From Thermoplasmata archaeon (GTDB taxonomy: Archaea; Thermoplasmatota; Thermoplasmata; GCA-020350865), in assembly GCA_020348445.1 (NCBI GenBank), contig CP070751.1, positions 2,197,613 through 2,261,612 on the forward strand: a stretch of 64,000 bases of DNA, read 5' to 3'. The stretch's first letter is position 1, and each line of letters opens with the position of its first letter. The translations under genes were made by a program, and so were the position numbers. Of the stretch, positions 31,542 through 42,600 are shown piece by piece. Under the pieces are notes generated by a model. That model saw only the letters and a list, made by a program, of their open reading frames with translations. It was not told the origin of the DNA and searched no databases.

Positions 31542-32249
31542 ATGAGGCTTGGAATTGTTATCCCTTCCTACAACGAGGAAGAGAACGTAGAGGAATTGGT
31601 TAAAGAAATCCTCGTTGCTTTAAAATCCTATGATTTTGAGCTCGCCTTTGTAAATGATGGGAGCAAGGATAAAACTGGAGAATTGGTGGACAGGCTGGCC
31701 CGAACACATGAAAAAATCGAGGCCATACATCACGAGACCAACAAGGGGTACGCCGAGGCTCTCAAGACAGGTTTTAACAACGGCATTTCCAAGGGGATGG
31801 ATGCTATTTTAATAATGGACAGCGATTTGACCCATGATCCAAAGGACATACCAAAATTCATTAAATCCTTTAATGAAGGTGCAGATATCGTGGTGGGCTC
31901 AAGGTACGTTCCTGGGGGAGGTATGACCAATGTTCCCCCAAGGCGGGTTTTTATCAGCAAAACCGCCAACTTCATGTTCAGGGTGATTCTGGGTTTGAAA
32001 GTGAAGGACGTCTCAAGCGGTTTTCGGGGATACAAAAGAGAGGTTCTGGAGAATATTCGCATTCAATCGGATTCATTTCAGATTCATGTGGAATTGACGA
32101 CCAAGGCGGCGAGATCAGGGTATATAATAAAAGAGGTTCCAATAATGCTTGAGAACAGGAGGATGGGTACATCCAGCTTCAACCTCTCCAAGGTGGCAAT
32201 GAAGTACGTTAAACTGGTTATCAGATTGAGACTAAAGCGCAATACATAG
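31542..32249 (+). CDS. GT2 glycosyltransferase, polyprenol-phosphate mannosyltransferase-like
   Basis: IPSYNE, VNDGSKD, MDSDLTHDP (DxD), GSRY, SSGFR. Confidence 0.9.
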   Translation: MRLGIVIPSYNEEENVEELVKEILVALKSYDFELAFVNDGSKDKTGELVDRLARTHEKIEAIHHETNKGYAEALKTGFNNGISKGMDAILIMDSDLTHDPKDIPKFIKSFNEGADIVVGSRYVPGGGMTNVPPRRVFISKTANFMFRVILGLKVKDVSSGFRGYKREVLENIRIQSDSFQIHVELTTKAARSGYIIKEVPIMLENRRMGTSSFNLSKVAMKYVKLVIRLRLKRNT

Positions 32250-32266
32250 ACACGAGTGGAATTTTT

Positions 32267-33259
32267 ATGGCAGAAGAGAAAGAGGAAGAAAAAGCACAAG
32301 AAAATTCTGATAACCAAAAAAGTAAGTACATAAAGATCATCAAACGAGTTGTACAAATAGTTATTGCGGTTCTGCTTCTTTATTTGGTATTTGACCTGTT
32401 TTGGACAGAGACCACCTTAGATACTCTAAGAAATGTCAATGTATCGTTCTTCATCCTTGCGATAGTTTTTCATCTGATTGCTTTGGGTGTTGTTGCGTAT
32501 CGGTTCAAGATGTTGATCGAATTCAAGGTCAAAACAACATACAAGAATGTATATTGGGCTAACTTGTACGGGATGCTCATGGGGGAGGTCACACCAGGCA
32601 AATCAGGATATTTTTTATGCGTTCTCCCTCTGGAAAGAAAGGGTATTAAAAAAAGAATCAGCCTCTCATGCCTCATCATCATACAGGTTATGGATTTCAT
32701 TCTAAGGGGGGCAATTGGTATCTTCGCCGTTATATATTTTACACTGTATCTGCAAGCCATTCCCCTATCAGAAAGCACATGGTATATCGTGATCTCAGTG
32801 GGCCTTATCGTTCTCTTCCTTTTGGGATTCTACATTCTGATGTACACATCACTTCCTGTGAGATTCTTGAAGAGATTCAACATTCCTTATAAGGAAAAGA
32901 TGCTAAACGGATTGGAGATACTGCACGATACTAGGACAGCGACAAGAGGAAGGATATGGGAGATTTTGATCCTCACTGTACTTGCCTGGGTTCTCACAGG
33001 ATTCAGGTGGGTGTTCATTGGCTACGCATTTGGTCTTGATCTTCCCATAATCGCCTATCTTCTTCTGCAGCCCTTGATCACCCTGGTTTCTTTTATTCCC
33101 ATAACAATCGGAGGATTGGGCCTTCTGGAAGGCGGGGTTGTGAAGGCCTTGAACCTTCTCGGTGTTTCCGAGGGAAAGGCCCTGGCCTTCGTTTTGGGTG
33201 ACAGGGTTGCAGTCGTGGCGGCTGAGGCAGCAGGAATAAAGGAGCATAAATTCAAATAG
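32267..33259 (+). CDS. Lysylphosphatidylglycerol-synthase-like (UPF0104) multi-TM protein, putative flippase
   Basis: Multiple TM helices; TPGKSG and IPITIGGLGLLEG motifs; directly follows the GT2 gene. Confidence 0.82.
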   Translation: MAEEKEEEKAQENSDNQKSKYIKIIKRVVQIVIAVLLLYLVFDLFWTETTLDTLRNVNVSFFILAIVFHLIALGVVAYRFKMLIEFKVKTTYKNVYWANLYGMLMGEVTPGKSGYFLCVLPLERKGIKKRISLSCLIIIQVMDFILRGAIGIFAVIYFTLYLQAIPLSESTWYIVISVGLIVLFLLGFYILMYTSLPVRFLKRFNIPYKEKMLNGLEILHDTRTATRGRIWEILILTVLAWVLTGFRWVFIGYAFGLDLPIIAYLLLQPLITLVSFIPITIGGLGLLEGGVVKALNLLGVSEGKALAFVLGDRVAVVAAEAAGIKEHKFK

Positions 33260-33288
33260 TAACTTTTAAACGAGAAAAATCCATTTTT

Positions 33289-33984
33289 CTACCCTTTTCT
33301 CCCAAGAACTCCAATTGCGTACGCGTAAAGATGTTTATTGGGAAAGATTCTATCGATTGCCATCAATTTTCTCCTGATGTTCTCGGGTACGAACTCCCAG
33401 TTGTTCGTTGCAAGTGGAGGAAGGATCATAAGACCCACTCTGTCTTTGGGTTCTAGCCCAGCCTGGTAAAATAGATTCACGAGCTGATCATGTGAATAAT
33501 CCCTTTCGTACCCAAATTCCCATTTTTTGACTTTCCTTGCTGTGGATTTTAATATTCTATACCAAACACAATTTTTATTGGGCACGATCACCAGAACCGA
33601 CCCACCTTTTTTTGTGACCCGTTTCATCTCCACAAGCAACGCAAGATCTTTTGGATACTCAAAATGCTCGATGACACCGGAGTTGTATGCGAGGTCAAAG
33701 GTCTCATCCTTGAAGGGGAGAAAAAAACCATCTGCTCTTGTCAGATTTGCATTGGAGGTTTGCATTGCTAGTTTCAGTGCCTCGAAGGAAATATCGATTC
33801 CCATGGCTTTTTTGTTTTCTTTTTCAAATTGCGAAAGTCCTAGGCCGCTGCCACAGCCCACCTCTATTACAGAGGCACGGGCAGGGAGTTTCTTTGCCAC
33901 AAAAGCGAGGTACGAATAGAGTCTGAGACTGTAGTCAGATTTGGCCTTTTTATGGGCCCATACCTCATCCCATATTTCCTTCAT
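33289..33984 (-). CDS. Class I SAM-dependent methyltransferase
   Basis: VIEVGCGSG; LPFKDETFDLAYNSGVIEHF. Confidence 0.88.
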   Translation of the reverse strand: MKEIWDEVWAHKKAKSDYSLRLYSYLAFVAKKLPARASVIEVGCGSGLGLSQFEKENKKAMGIDISFEALKLAMQTSNANLTRADGFFLPFKDETFDLAYNSGVIEHFEYPKDLALLVEMKRVTKKGGSVLVIVPNKNCVWYRILKSTARKVKKWEFGYERDYSHDQLVNLFYQAGLEPKDRVGLMILPPLATNNWEFVPENIRRKLMAIDRIFPNKHLYAYAIGVLGRKG

Positions 33985-34054
33985 ATGAAATCCCGTTCTT
34001 ACGATCCATTATGTAGGGTCTGGTATAAGATGTGTGCTGCGACTTCTAATTACC

Positions 34055-36412
34055 TCATTTTGCTACAAGAAAGAAGAGGTATCCTTTTCTACAGATGATG
34101 TAAAGAATTATTATTGCGGGAAAGAACAACAGTGTTATTATAGCACCGAAAACGAAATCCGATGGCTCGAACGAGAAGGTGATGATGACATTTTCCATAT
34201 CTGATTGGGCATTGAAACTGATTAAGCGCTGATATGCTTTAGTATCCATTTTTTCTCCGTCATTTAAGCTGTACTTCCATCCGGGATACCACGAATTTTT
34301 AAAGACTATGATATCTTTGGATGTGATGTTGTCTGCCTTGGCCACGATCTTATGAGGGGTGATTTCGGATACAGAAAGAGGAATAACGCCATCGTCTCTG
34401 ACCATAAAAACGTCAGGTAGGGAGTAATTCAACCTGTATAGATACAGGGTTATCTCTTCTGGTGGTGTCTCGTTTTTAGAGCCCAAACCAGAGAATATCT
34501 CTGATAGATCCCCAGGCTCTGCATCTTCAAACTCGGATTCTGTTAAATAGGTGGGCTCGTCGAGCACAGTGTATTCTTTGATTAAGGTGGCATTTTCCCT
34601 GTTGGCTTTAGGAGTGACTTCATAGTTGTATGGCGTGTAGGTAACATTCCCTATTGTTATGTTGCCTGGATAGTAAAATTCGTGAAATCTGAGCCAACCT
34701 GCAACCCCTGCACTGTACAATGGGATCTCGTAGGACATCACATGGCTGTCGATGAGGGGGTAGTAACCGTCGTTTATCCATGGCCTGCTTTCTGGATTAT
34801 CTGCCCAGACATCATCTGCGACTTTCTGCTCGAGTTTTTCCTCGTGAAACCAAACTGACCTTGTTTCGATACGGGGGGAATTTGCGACGAGCAGGTTGAT
34901 TGCGATGAAAATCACCAGGAACGTGGAAATGAAAGTGGTGCTGTTAAAAGCCTTTCTCAGCGCATCAGTTAAGGTTTTTGGATTGATAAATTTCAAAAGA
35001 TATCTTATGATATCGTATTTGTAAAACACTCGGGATATTATGAAGAGCAGAATCAATATCGTAAAAATTGATGCAGCAAGTGTTTGTGCTGTAAATTCGT
35101 TTCTTGTGAAATACCGATACGCTTCATAATTTTCCGGTATTATCAAATAGACAATAAAAGGTGTGATCATCTCAAAGAAAATAATCGCGGTGATGCTTCC
35201 AAAGAACAGCCAGACATATTTCTTCTGATGTGAAGACAGATCCTTGTATCTATCCATGAACCAGTCAAATCCCAGGACGATAAGCGATATGAGACAAAAG
35301 GACGCCACTATCAAGGACCGCGGGGGCACTGACAGGTTTTGAAACATGCCCAGAAGATGCACCACACCAAACACTGTGAAGTAACCCATGGCCCACAATA
35401 CAAACACCACTGAGGCGGCAATTAGATATTTCTTATGGGGTGATGAATGGAATATCGAGAAAGGCAGGAATATCAAGGGAACCAATCCTATGTAGTAATA
35501 ACTCACACCTTCAGACATGCCCACAGGAAATTCTGATACAGGGGTGTTATCAATGAAAAAGGCGGATATATCTCCTAAACCTACAGAGCTGTACAAAGCG
35601 GGATGTGGTCTTTGGCTCCCACCGCTGTAGTTCAAAATGGGTATCAGTTTTATGGCAAAGATCATGCAAGAAAAAATCACGATGATACATAGAATGAGAA
35701 GCTTCTCCTTGTTGATCGTGATTTTGAGTTTTCTCTTTTTGTCATAACCGAAAACCTGAAATATAGCAAAAACAGCGAACAGAAAGGCGAAAAACATAAA
35801 AAGCGCCACGCTTGCCAAGATAAAGAAACTCATGGCGATCATGGAATATAACGCATATTTGAACTGTTTTGTATCCAATGCTTTGTGAAGAAAGTACATT
35901 GTTATGGGAATCCAGGGAAAGGGCAGTATATGGTTTAGATGGCCCACGTACATCCTCCCAACCAGAGCACCGCATAACATGAACATCAGGGAACCAAGGT
36001 AACGGGGAAGCTTTCGGTTTGTTAGTAATTTCGAGAAGTACCAGAATCCGATACCTGAAAGAAATACATGCACAAGCAGAATGACCTTAAGGCCCAGAAC
36101 TGGACCAAGGGTGAAGAAGAATGGTGTTGTGAAGGGGTAAAAGAGACTGGATGACCAGTCTGTATAGAGAGGATACCCCATCTGGAACATGTTTGACCAT
36201 AGAGGAAACTGGGAATAATCGGCCATAGAATTTTGTTGATAGTGGGCGTACATTGGATATATTGTATAATCAAAGGAATACGGTACGGTCTCGCCGTCCG
36301 AAAACAGGTATTTATAGGTATAGATGATCGCTATAAGAAAAAGCGAAAAAGCTACCAAAAGATCCTCCTTTTTTTCAGATGAAATCCCGTTCTTAAGGTT
36401 TAAAATCCTCAT
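34055..36412 (-). CDS. YfhO-like polytopic membrane protein (putative GT-C glycosyltransferase)
   Basis: About 12-13 TM helices; FPLWSNMFQMGYP, GHLNH and C-terminal SWYPGWK motifs. Confidence 0.72.
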   Translation of the reverse strand: MRILNLKNGISSEKKEDLLVAFSLFLIAIIYTYKYLFSDGETVPYSFDYTIYPMYAHYQQNSMADYSQFPLWSNMFQMGYPLYTDWSSSLFYPFTTPFFFTLGPVLGLKVILLVHVFLSGIGFWYFSKLLTNRKLPRYLGSLMFMLCGALVGRMYVGHLNHILPFPWIPITMYFLHKALDTKQFKYALYSMIAMSFFILASVALFMFFAFLFAVFAIFQVFGYDKKRKLKITINKEKLLILCIIVIFSCMIFAIKLIPILNYSGGSQRPHPALYSSVGLGDISAFFIDNTPVSEFPVGMSEGVSYYYIGLVPLIFLPFSIFHSSPHKKYLIAASVVFVLWAMGYFTVFGVVHLLGMFQNLSVPPRSLIVASFCLISLIVLGFDWFMDRYKDLSSHQKKYVWLFFGSITAIIFFEMITPFIVYLIIPENYEAYRYFTRNEFTAQTLAASIFTILILLFIISRVFYKYDIIRYLLKFINPKTLTDALRKAFNSTTFISTFLVIFIAINLLVANSPRIETRSVWFHEEKLEQKVADDVWADNPESRPWINDGYYPLIDSHVMSYEIPLYSAGVAGWLRFHEFYYPGNITIGNVTYTPYNYEVTPKANRENATLIKEYTVLDEPTYLTESEFEDAEPGDLSEIFSGLGSKNETPPEEITLYLYRLNYSLPDVFMVRDDGVIPLSVSEITPHKIVAKADNITSKDIIVFKNSWYPGWKYSLNDGEKMDTKAYQRLISFNAQSDMENVIITFSFEPSDFVFGAIITLLFFPAIIILYIICRKGYLFFLVAK

Positions 36413-36613
36413 TACAACCCTCGATTGTTATTGAGAATGGATATATAATCTTTGTGTAAGAGGATATAAATTGGAGTATACGATAAAATTGAGGTTTATT
36501 TAATATATCAACCTACTTTGTGATCATCTACGAAAATCTTTATAGTACCACTAAGCTTTTTGGACAAACAAATTTACGCAGTATAAATAGGAAAAAAATC
36601 GAGAGGAATTAAG

Positions 36614-37897
36614 GTGCTTGATATCAAGTTATTCAGAGAAAGCCCTGATATGATTAAGAAGAACCTGGAAAAACGAGGGTGGACTGCCGATGAGATAGGC
36701 CTTGTGGACGAGGTAATCCAATACGATAAGAAATGGAGGGAATCGAGAATCAAAGGGGATGCCCTAAAACACGAGAGAAACGTGATAACACAGGAAATCT
36801 CAGAGCTGAAAAAAGAAGGTAAGGACATCACTTCCAAGGTCGCGGCCATGAAGGATATTAATAAGAATATCGAAGACCTGGATATAAAGATCGATACTTC
36901 ATTAATAAACAGGGATGAACTTCTGCTTCGCATCCCTAATCTCATGCATGAGTCCGTTCCTGTGGGAAAGGACGACTCAGAGAACATGTTCCTCAGATCC
37001 TGGGGAGAGCCCAAGAAATACGACTTCGAATTAAAAAGTCATCAGGATATAATCGAAGGACTTGGGCAGGGAAGTTTTGAGCATTCTCAAAAACCCTCTG
37101 GTGCCGGTTTTTACTACCTGTACGAGGATCTTGTAATGCTGGATTTGGCTTTAATGAGGTTTTCAATTGACTACCTACGGAGTGTGGGATTCAAATTGGT
37201 GGAGCCTCCCTTTATGCTGAGAAGAAGGGCAATGCAGGGAATGGTTGATCTATCTGATTTTGAAGATGTACTTTACAAACTGGAAAATGAAGACCTTTAT
37301 TTGATATCCACATCAGAGCATCCCATGGGGGCCATGCTAATGGACAAGGTGTTATCAGAAAAGGACCTCCCCCTTCGGTTCTGTGGAGTTTCTCCATGTT
37401 TCAGAAAGGAAATCGGGGCCCATGGTGTGGATACCAGGGGAATATTTAGAACACATCAGTTCAACAAGGTGGAGCAGTTCATTTTCTCCACTCCGGAGCA
37501 ATCCTGGGAGGAGCATGATCTTCTAATTAAAAATGCCGAAGTACTTTATCAAAAATTGGAGATTCCTTATCGTATAATGAACATCTGCACCGGTGATTTG
37601 GGGGGTACCGCGGCCAAGAAGTACGATCTGGAAGCTTGGATGGCAAAACAGGGCGTATACAGGGAGGTCGTGTCCTGCAGCAATTGCACAAGTTACCAGG
37701 CAAGAAAACTCAATGTCAGGTACGAGAAGGCCCAGGGAGAAAGGGAATATCCACATACCATAAACAGCACCGCCATCGCGACCTCGAGGACCATCGTTGC
37801 CATTCTCGAAAATAATCAGCAGAAGGATGGAACAGTCCTAGTCCCGAAAGTATTGAGGCCCTATATGAACGACCTTGAGGTTATAGGAAAGAGATGA
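36614..37897 (+). CDS. serS: Seryl-tRNA synthetase (standard type)
   Basis: MLDIKLFRE coiled coil, TSEH, FRKEIGAHGVDTRGIFRTHQFNKVEQF, EVVSCSNC, HTINSTAIA. Confidence 0.97.
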   Translation: MLDIKLFRESPDMIKKNLEKRGWTADEIGLVDEVIQYDKKWRESRIKGDALKHERNVITQEISELKKEGKDITSKVAAMKDINKNIEDLDIKIDTSLINRDELLLRIPNLMHESVPVGKDDSENMFLRSWGEPKKYDFELKSHQDIIEGLGQGSFEHSQKPSGAGFYYLYEDLVMLDLALMRFSIDYLRSVGFKLVEPPFMLRRRAMQGMVDLSDFEDVLYKLENEDLYLISTSEHPMGAMLMDKVLSEKDLPLRFCGVSPCFRKEIGAHGVDTRGIFRTHQFNKVEQFIFSTPEQSWEEHDLLIKNAEVLYQKLEIPYRIMNICTGDLGGTAAKKYDLEAWMAKQGVYREVVSCSNCTSYQARKLNVRYEKAQGEREYPHTINSTAIATSRTIVAILENNQQKDGTVLVPKVLRPYMNDLEVIGKR

Positions 37898-37899
37898 GT

Positions 37900-38781
37900 T
37901 CACATCACCTTTCTCATCACATCCCTTTTACTCTCCTTAGCAGGCTCGTAATTGGGGTCAATATGGAGAGCTTTGTCAAAGCATTCCCTTGCAGCCTTGT
38001 ATTTTTTAAGCTCCAAGAGAGCAACTCCCTTGTTGTGCCAGGCCCATGGATAGTCTGAATGAATTTTTATTGCCTGGTCGTAGCATTTTATCGATTCCCT
38101 GTACTTTTTCAGGTGCCTTAGAGTGACACCTAGATTGTTCCATGCGCTCTTGTTCTCTGGTGAGTATTTGGTGGCATTTTGAAAGCAGGAAAGTGCGTCT
38201 TTCTTTTTACCCAAGGTAAACAGTACTTTGCCCTTGTTGAACCATGCGCTGCCGTACATTGAATCCAAAGCCAGGGCTTTGTCGTAATATAGGAGGGCCT
38301 CCTTGGCCTTCCCCTGCCTCACCAGGGTGACGCCAATATTGTTCCAGGCTCTCTTCTCCCTTGAATCTAACTTGATGACCCTGCTGAATTGACTTTTGGC
38401 CTTCCCGTACCTTCCCAGGTTGAATAGCACATCACCAAAATCAAGAGAATACTGAGTCTGCTTGGCCTTGTCCATCTTCGGTTTATGCTCATTTATTGCA
38501 GCTAGAATTTCAGATGCTTTTCTTTTGACGGTGATGTTGAGTTTTTGATCCTCATCCTCATATGTGGTGATTCTCTTTAATTTGTAAAGTTCAAGAAGAA
38601 TGATTTCCCCCTCTTTTGGCGATTTTATCGCTGCTTTCAATTCCTCTTCTATCCCAGCAAGACACACCATCATCGTTGCATTTGCACCCTTTTCCCTTGT
38701 CTGGCTCTTTTTTACTTTACAACCTAAACAGGTCTTTGCCTTAGGATCCGAAAAAATAAGTGGGCAAAGGTCAAGGGTCAT
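37900..38781 (-). CDS. Tetratricopeptide repeat protein
   Basis: Repeated AWNNxG/AWFNKG/AWHNKG 34-aa units; Cys-containing N-terminus. Confidence 0.88.
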   Translation of the reverse strand: MTLDLCPLIFSDPKAKTCLGCKVKKSQTREKGANATMMVCLAGIEEELKAAIKSPKEGEIILLELYKLKRITTYEDEDQKLNITVKRKASEILAAINEHKPKMDKAKQTQYSLDFGDVLFNLGRYGKAKSQFSRVIKLDSREKRAWNNIGVTLVRQGKAKEALLYYDKALALDSMYGSAWFNKGKVLFTLGKKKDALSCFQNATKYSPENKSAWNNLGVTLRHLKKYRESIKCYDQAIKIHSDYPWAWHNKGVALLELKKYKAARECFDKALHIDPNYEPAKESKRDVMRKVM

Positions 38782-38830
38782 GAGATAATAGAATGAGGGT
38801 GATTGGTAATGAAGTTTTTGGGGTTGTTAT

Positions 38831-39487
38831 TTACCCGTACAATTCCTCGAAAATCTTCTTTTCAGCCTTCCTGATATGGGTGAGAAAGGCCGAGTGCGAT
38901 ATGCCCCTTTTTCCGGCCAATTTCCTTGCATCGGCCTTTTTGGGAATATCGAAGAATCCCTGCTCCACCGCCATCTCCAGGCATTTGTACTGCGGGGGAG
39001 TGAGAGAGGAGAGCATGTCCTTTCCTTTAACATAATAGTTTGATAATGATACGACCTCGTAATCCACGTTAAGTTCATCAAGATGTGCAAGAAGCTCTTT
39101 TAGGTTCTCCTTTGCCCCCACCAAAGGGATGGTCATCTTTCCCTTGATGTTCACGATGGGAAACTCGAAGAAGCATTTGTACTCCTTGATCACATGGGAT
39201 ATGAGCTCTGAGACGATTGGGGGAAGGTGCCCAATTACGATGTACAATGATGTTTTTTCCTCGCTTGAAATCTCGATGATGTCGTCTATTATTATGGACT
39301 GCCTTATGATCTCCATATCGGGCTCTTCGATCCACTCCACCTTGGATACCATGATGAACTGCTCTGATGTGAAAAGAAGGGAAGATACAGTGGTTATCTT
39401 CTCGGTATAATCAAATATCTTGTCAAAACCCAGGGCGTACTGGCCGTAAACAGAGAAATCCAGCTTCATGACCTTTAATCCTTTCAT
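38831..39487 (-). CDS. HTH-10 (bacterio-opsin activator-like) regulator
   Basis: C-terminal LTPPQ..LEMAVEQGFFDIPKKA..LA..RGISHSAFLTHIRKAEKK. Confidence 0.85.
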   Translation of the reverse strand: MKGLKVMKLDFSVYGQYALGFDKIFDYTEKITTVSSLLFTSEQFIMVSKVEWIEEPDMEIIRQSIIIDDIIEISSEEKTSLYIVIGHLPPIVSELISHVIKEYKCFFEFPIVNIKGKMTIPLVGAKENLKELLAHLDELNVDYEVVSLSNYYVKGKDMLSSLTPPQYKCLEMAVEQGFFDIPKKADARKLAGKRGISHSAFLTHIRKAEKKIFEELYG

Positions 39488-39537
39488 TGGGGTTTACATG
39501 GTAACTTTATAATTTAAAGCTTTTGGCTACAGGTTAT

Positions 39538-39618
39538 TTACAACGGGACTTCCCAGACTATCGTAACCTTGGAGTGAATGTAGTATCCTCCCTCGATCTT
39601 GTAACTATCGGATATTTT
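39538..39618 (-). pseudogene. Relic of the last about 26 codons of module X, in frame behind the Y-tailed gene
   Basis: Translates KISDSYKIEGGYYIHSKVTIVWEVPL-stop; compare X ends such as KISESDYFEIGRGYYIHAKAEVVWEVPL. Confidence 0.85.
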
Positions 39619-39627
39619 GTGCTAACT

Positions 39628-42600
39628 TCATATCCCAATAAATATGAATTTCGTATTGTTTGAAGTCGAAATTTGGTAACCCTTGGTCATCTCCAAGACA
39701 ATGTCAAAAGCTCCCTTGGGCATTATCGTTGAATGCCAGCACCATCTCTGTTTGTTGTTATCGAAATAATTAATTCCAACTGTATCGGGGATGTTGTCGC
39801 AGTACCAATCTGCCGTATGGTTAAAGTCCAGTATCAGCGGTATCCCCATTGTATCGTATCCAAAAAAATATTCCTCAGTCCAGATTCCAATGCTGTATGT
39901 GCTCGCACCCTGGGTACCAAGGACATTAAAAGGAACCACCATGTAATACAGCCTGGCCCCAGGAATATTGGCCTGAATGCCGTTATGTGTAGTTGTGTTG
40001 GTTCCATAATCGACCCTACGCGCAAAGAAATAATCATCGCCAAAATCCCTAAAAAAGCCGTCCCTTGTATTCGAATAATACACTTCGTACCAATCTCCGC
40101 TACCCATGCCCGCTGGCTCCTGCCAAGTCAGGTATACATCTCCAAAGGGTAAGATATCTACTTGAAGGTTCTTTGCAGAAAAAGCTGGATTAAATCCTAA
40201 AAATCCGCTATTATCATGATAACTTATCATTGCACCTGGCATACCATAAAAAGTATAGATAGTCTGGCTGCTGAATTTCACCTCATAGCCTTCGCCCAAT
40301 TTCATTTGTGTATTGTTTGTGTCACCATCTCCAAAATTATGCTGCATCCAAGTACGCGTGGTGGCATTCATGTATCTGATATACTCAGCGTTCATGTTGG
40401 TTGTTAAATTGTCCGTATATAATACTTCAATTGGTTCCAGAGGCAAGGAGAATGTGGATACACCTTGTGGAAATATCCTTGTCCATTTCCCAACTGTTCT
40501 GCTGGTTCCGGTCACTTCATAATCATCATTCACAGCTCTTATGACATAATAGAACTGTTCCTGATAATAGTCATCTCCGGGAAGTGCAGCTTTGGCATCC
40601 CTCCATTGGGTTCTGAGGGGAATGGGAGACATCTCGGTTGTTATATCAAAATCACTTGAGGTATTCACCCACACTGAATCAAAATCGAAATCTACCTGGG
40701 TTGGTGAACGATATAACAAATAATAAGCAAGGTCCGGGTTTGAGGGTGGATCCCAGTTTAGAATCACATCTTCCCCATCCTGGCTAACGTTTATGTAAAG
40801 AGTGGGCGGCAGAAAAGGCACCCCCAATCCTTCAATAAGGTCCATCAATGGATAATTATCCTGGGAATCCAAATCGATTACATAGGGGGTATCCCCAATT
40901 CCATCACTGCCCAGGATATTTTGCATGGGGCCTTTGTAGTCATCAACACCACCGTAATCTGACCAGTAATTCCCACCTGAAGGATAACCGTCATCCCAGA
41001 AATTATCGCTTCGATCATCATATGCTTGAGTTGGATTGTTGTCTACGATGTTGTTGTGGTAGATTCGATTATTTGGTGAGCCCTGAAGATAAATACCCCA
41101 GCCGTTGTTCGAGACAAGGTTGTCAATGATGTTATTTTGACTGCTAATGCCATCGAGACGGATGCCATAAACGTTATTCGAGATGTTGTTGCCAATGATG
41201 TTGTTCCAGTTGGAGGAACTGAGAAAGATAGCATAAAAGTGGAACGTGAAGGTGTTGTCCTTGATGGTATTACCAATGGACAAACTTATCGAAATGCCAT
41301 TCCTGGCATTTGAAGAAATATCATTATGGGTAATTGTATTATAGTTACTGTCATATGTGATGTAGATACCGACACCGTACACCTCTTCGTTATTGTTAGT
41401 AACATTGTTGCAGGTAAGGGTGTTGTAACTAGAATTATAGAAGTGGAAGCCATTAGCCCTATTCTTGGAGACCGTATTGTAGACGATAGTATTGTATTCC
41501 GAGAATCTGAGGGTCATACCGTACATGATATTCGAGGAGACAGTGTTGTTAACGATAATGTTATTGTTTGAGAAGCCGAGTTGAATACCAATGCAAACAT
41601 CTCTAAGTTCATAGTTTTCTAATTTTACGTATTCGCAGTTGGCAAGGATCACCTGTCCAGCACCTAATGGGACTGTCCCACCCCAACGATTCTCCCAGTA
41701 ATATATTGGCTTTCCATTGACTGTATTTGAGGTATCTATAGTGTGGGTGTTCCAATGCTCAACCAACTCGCCCCAAATACGGATTCCATCTTTTAGCATC
41801 ATATTGTTGACGAGAGTGTTACCACAAGAGGTCTCGATATTAATGCCATAACGATTGTACGAAATATTATTGTTGACAATGATATTATAACTGGAGTAAA
41901 AGAGCATGATTCCGTCACTGTTATTAGAGACGGCATTATTGGTAATAATGTTATAGTTACTATATTGATCGAGGCGGATGCCAGGGCCCTTGTTCGAGAT
42001 TGCTATGTTATCAGTGATAGTGTTATAGTTACAAGATTGAGTGAGGTAGATGCCATTGCCATTGTTAAAAGCGGTATTATTGGTAATGAAGTTCCTATTA
42101 GAACCCTCGAAATATATGCCACTGTGGCCCCAATCTCGACCATTTGAGGAGAAGTTGTTGTTTGAGATATTGTTTCCGCTTGAACTTAAAAGATAGATGC
42201 CATTACTATTGTTAATTATATTGTTCCCAAAAATTGTATTATTATCTGAAATTATTTTTAGTCCTGTCTGATCCTGAAAAGGTCCGTTCTTGGTGATCGT
42301 AAATCCTGATATATTCACCCAATCTACAATAATTCTAACAACATCTCCACTCCCACCACCATCAATAATAGTATTTTCCCTATCCTCTCCTATTAAATTT
42401 ATAGTCTTGTTCACTACCAAATGTTCATAATAAATCCCATTGTAGACATAGACAGTATCACCATCATTACTTGCATTTATCGCATCCTGGATTGTGGAAT
42501 AATCAGTGGGAACATAGATTGTTGCACTTCCACAAGAGGTTTGTATCAGATTTTTGTCGGGAACAATGAAAACCATAGTTGACATTATAAAAAGCACACT

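Noticed and set aside
1493-38788. Numerous 60-200 aa ORFs antisense to or overlapping housekeeping genes
   Set aside because: Shadow frames of well-supported genes, with no motifs or ribosome-binding sites.
39622-39630. Pyrrolysine or selenocysteine read-through into the X relics
   Set aside because: Each relic is behind two stops, the first being TGA in one gene and TAA in the other. No pyl or sel genes are in the window.
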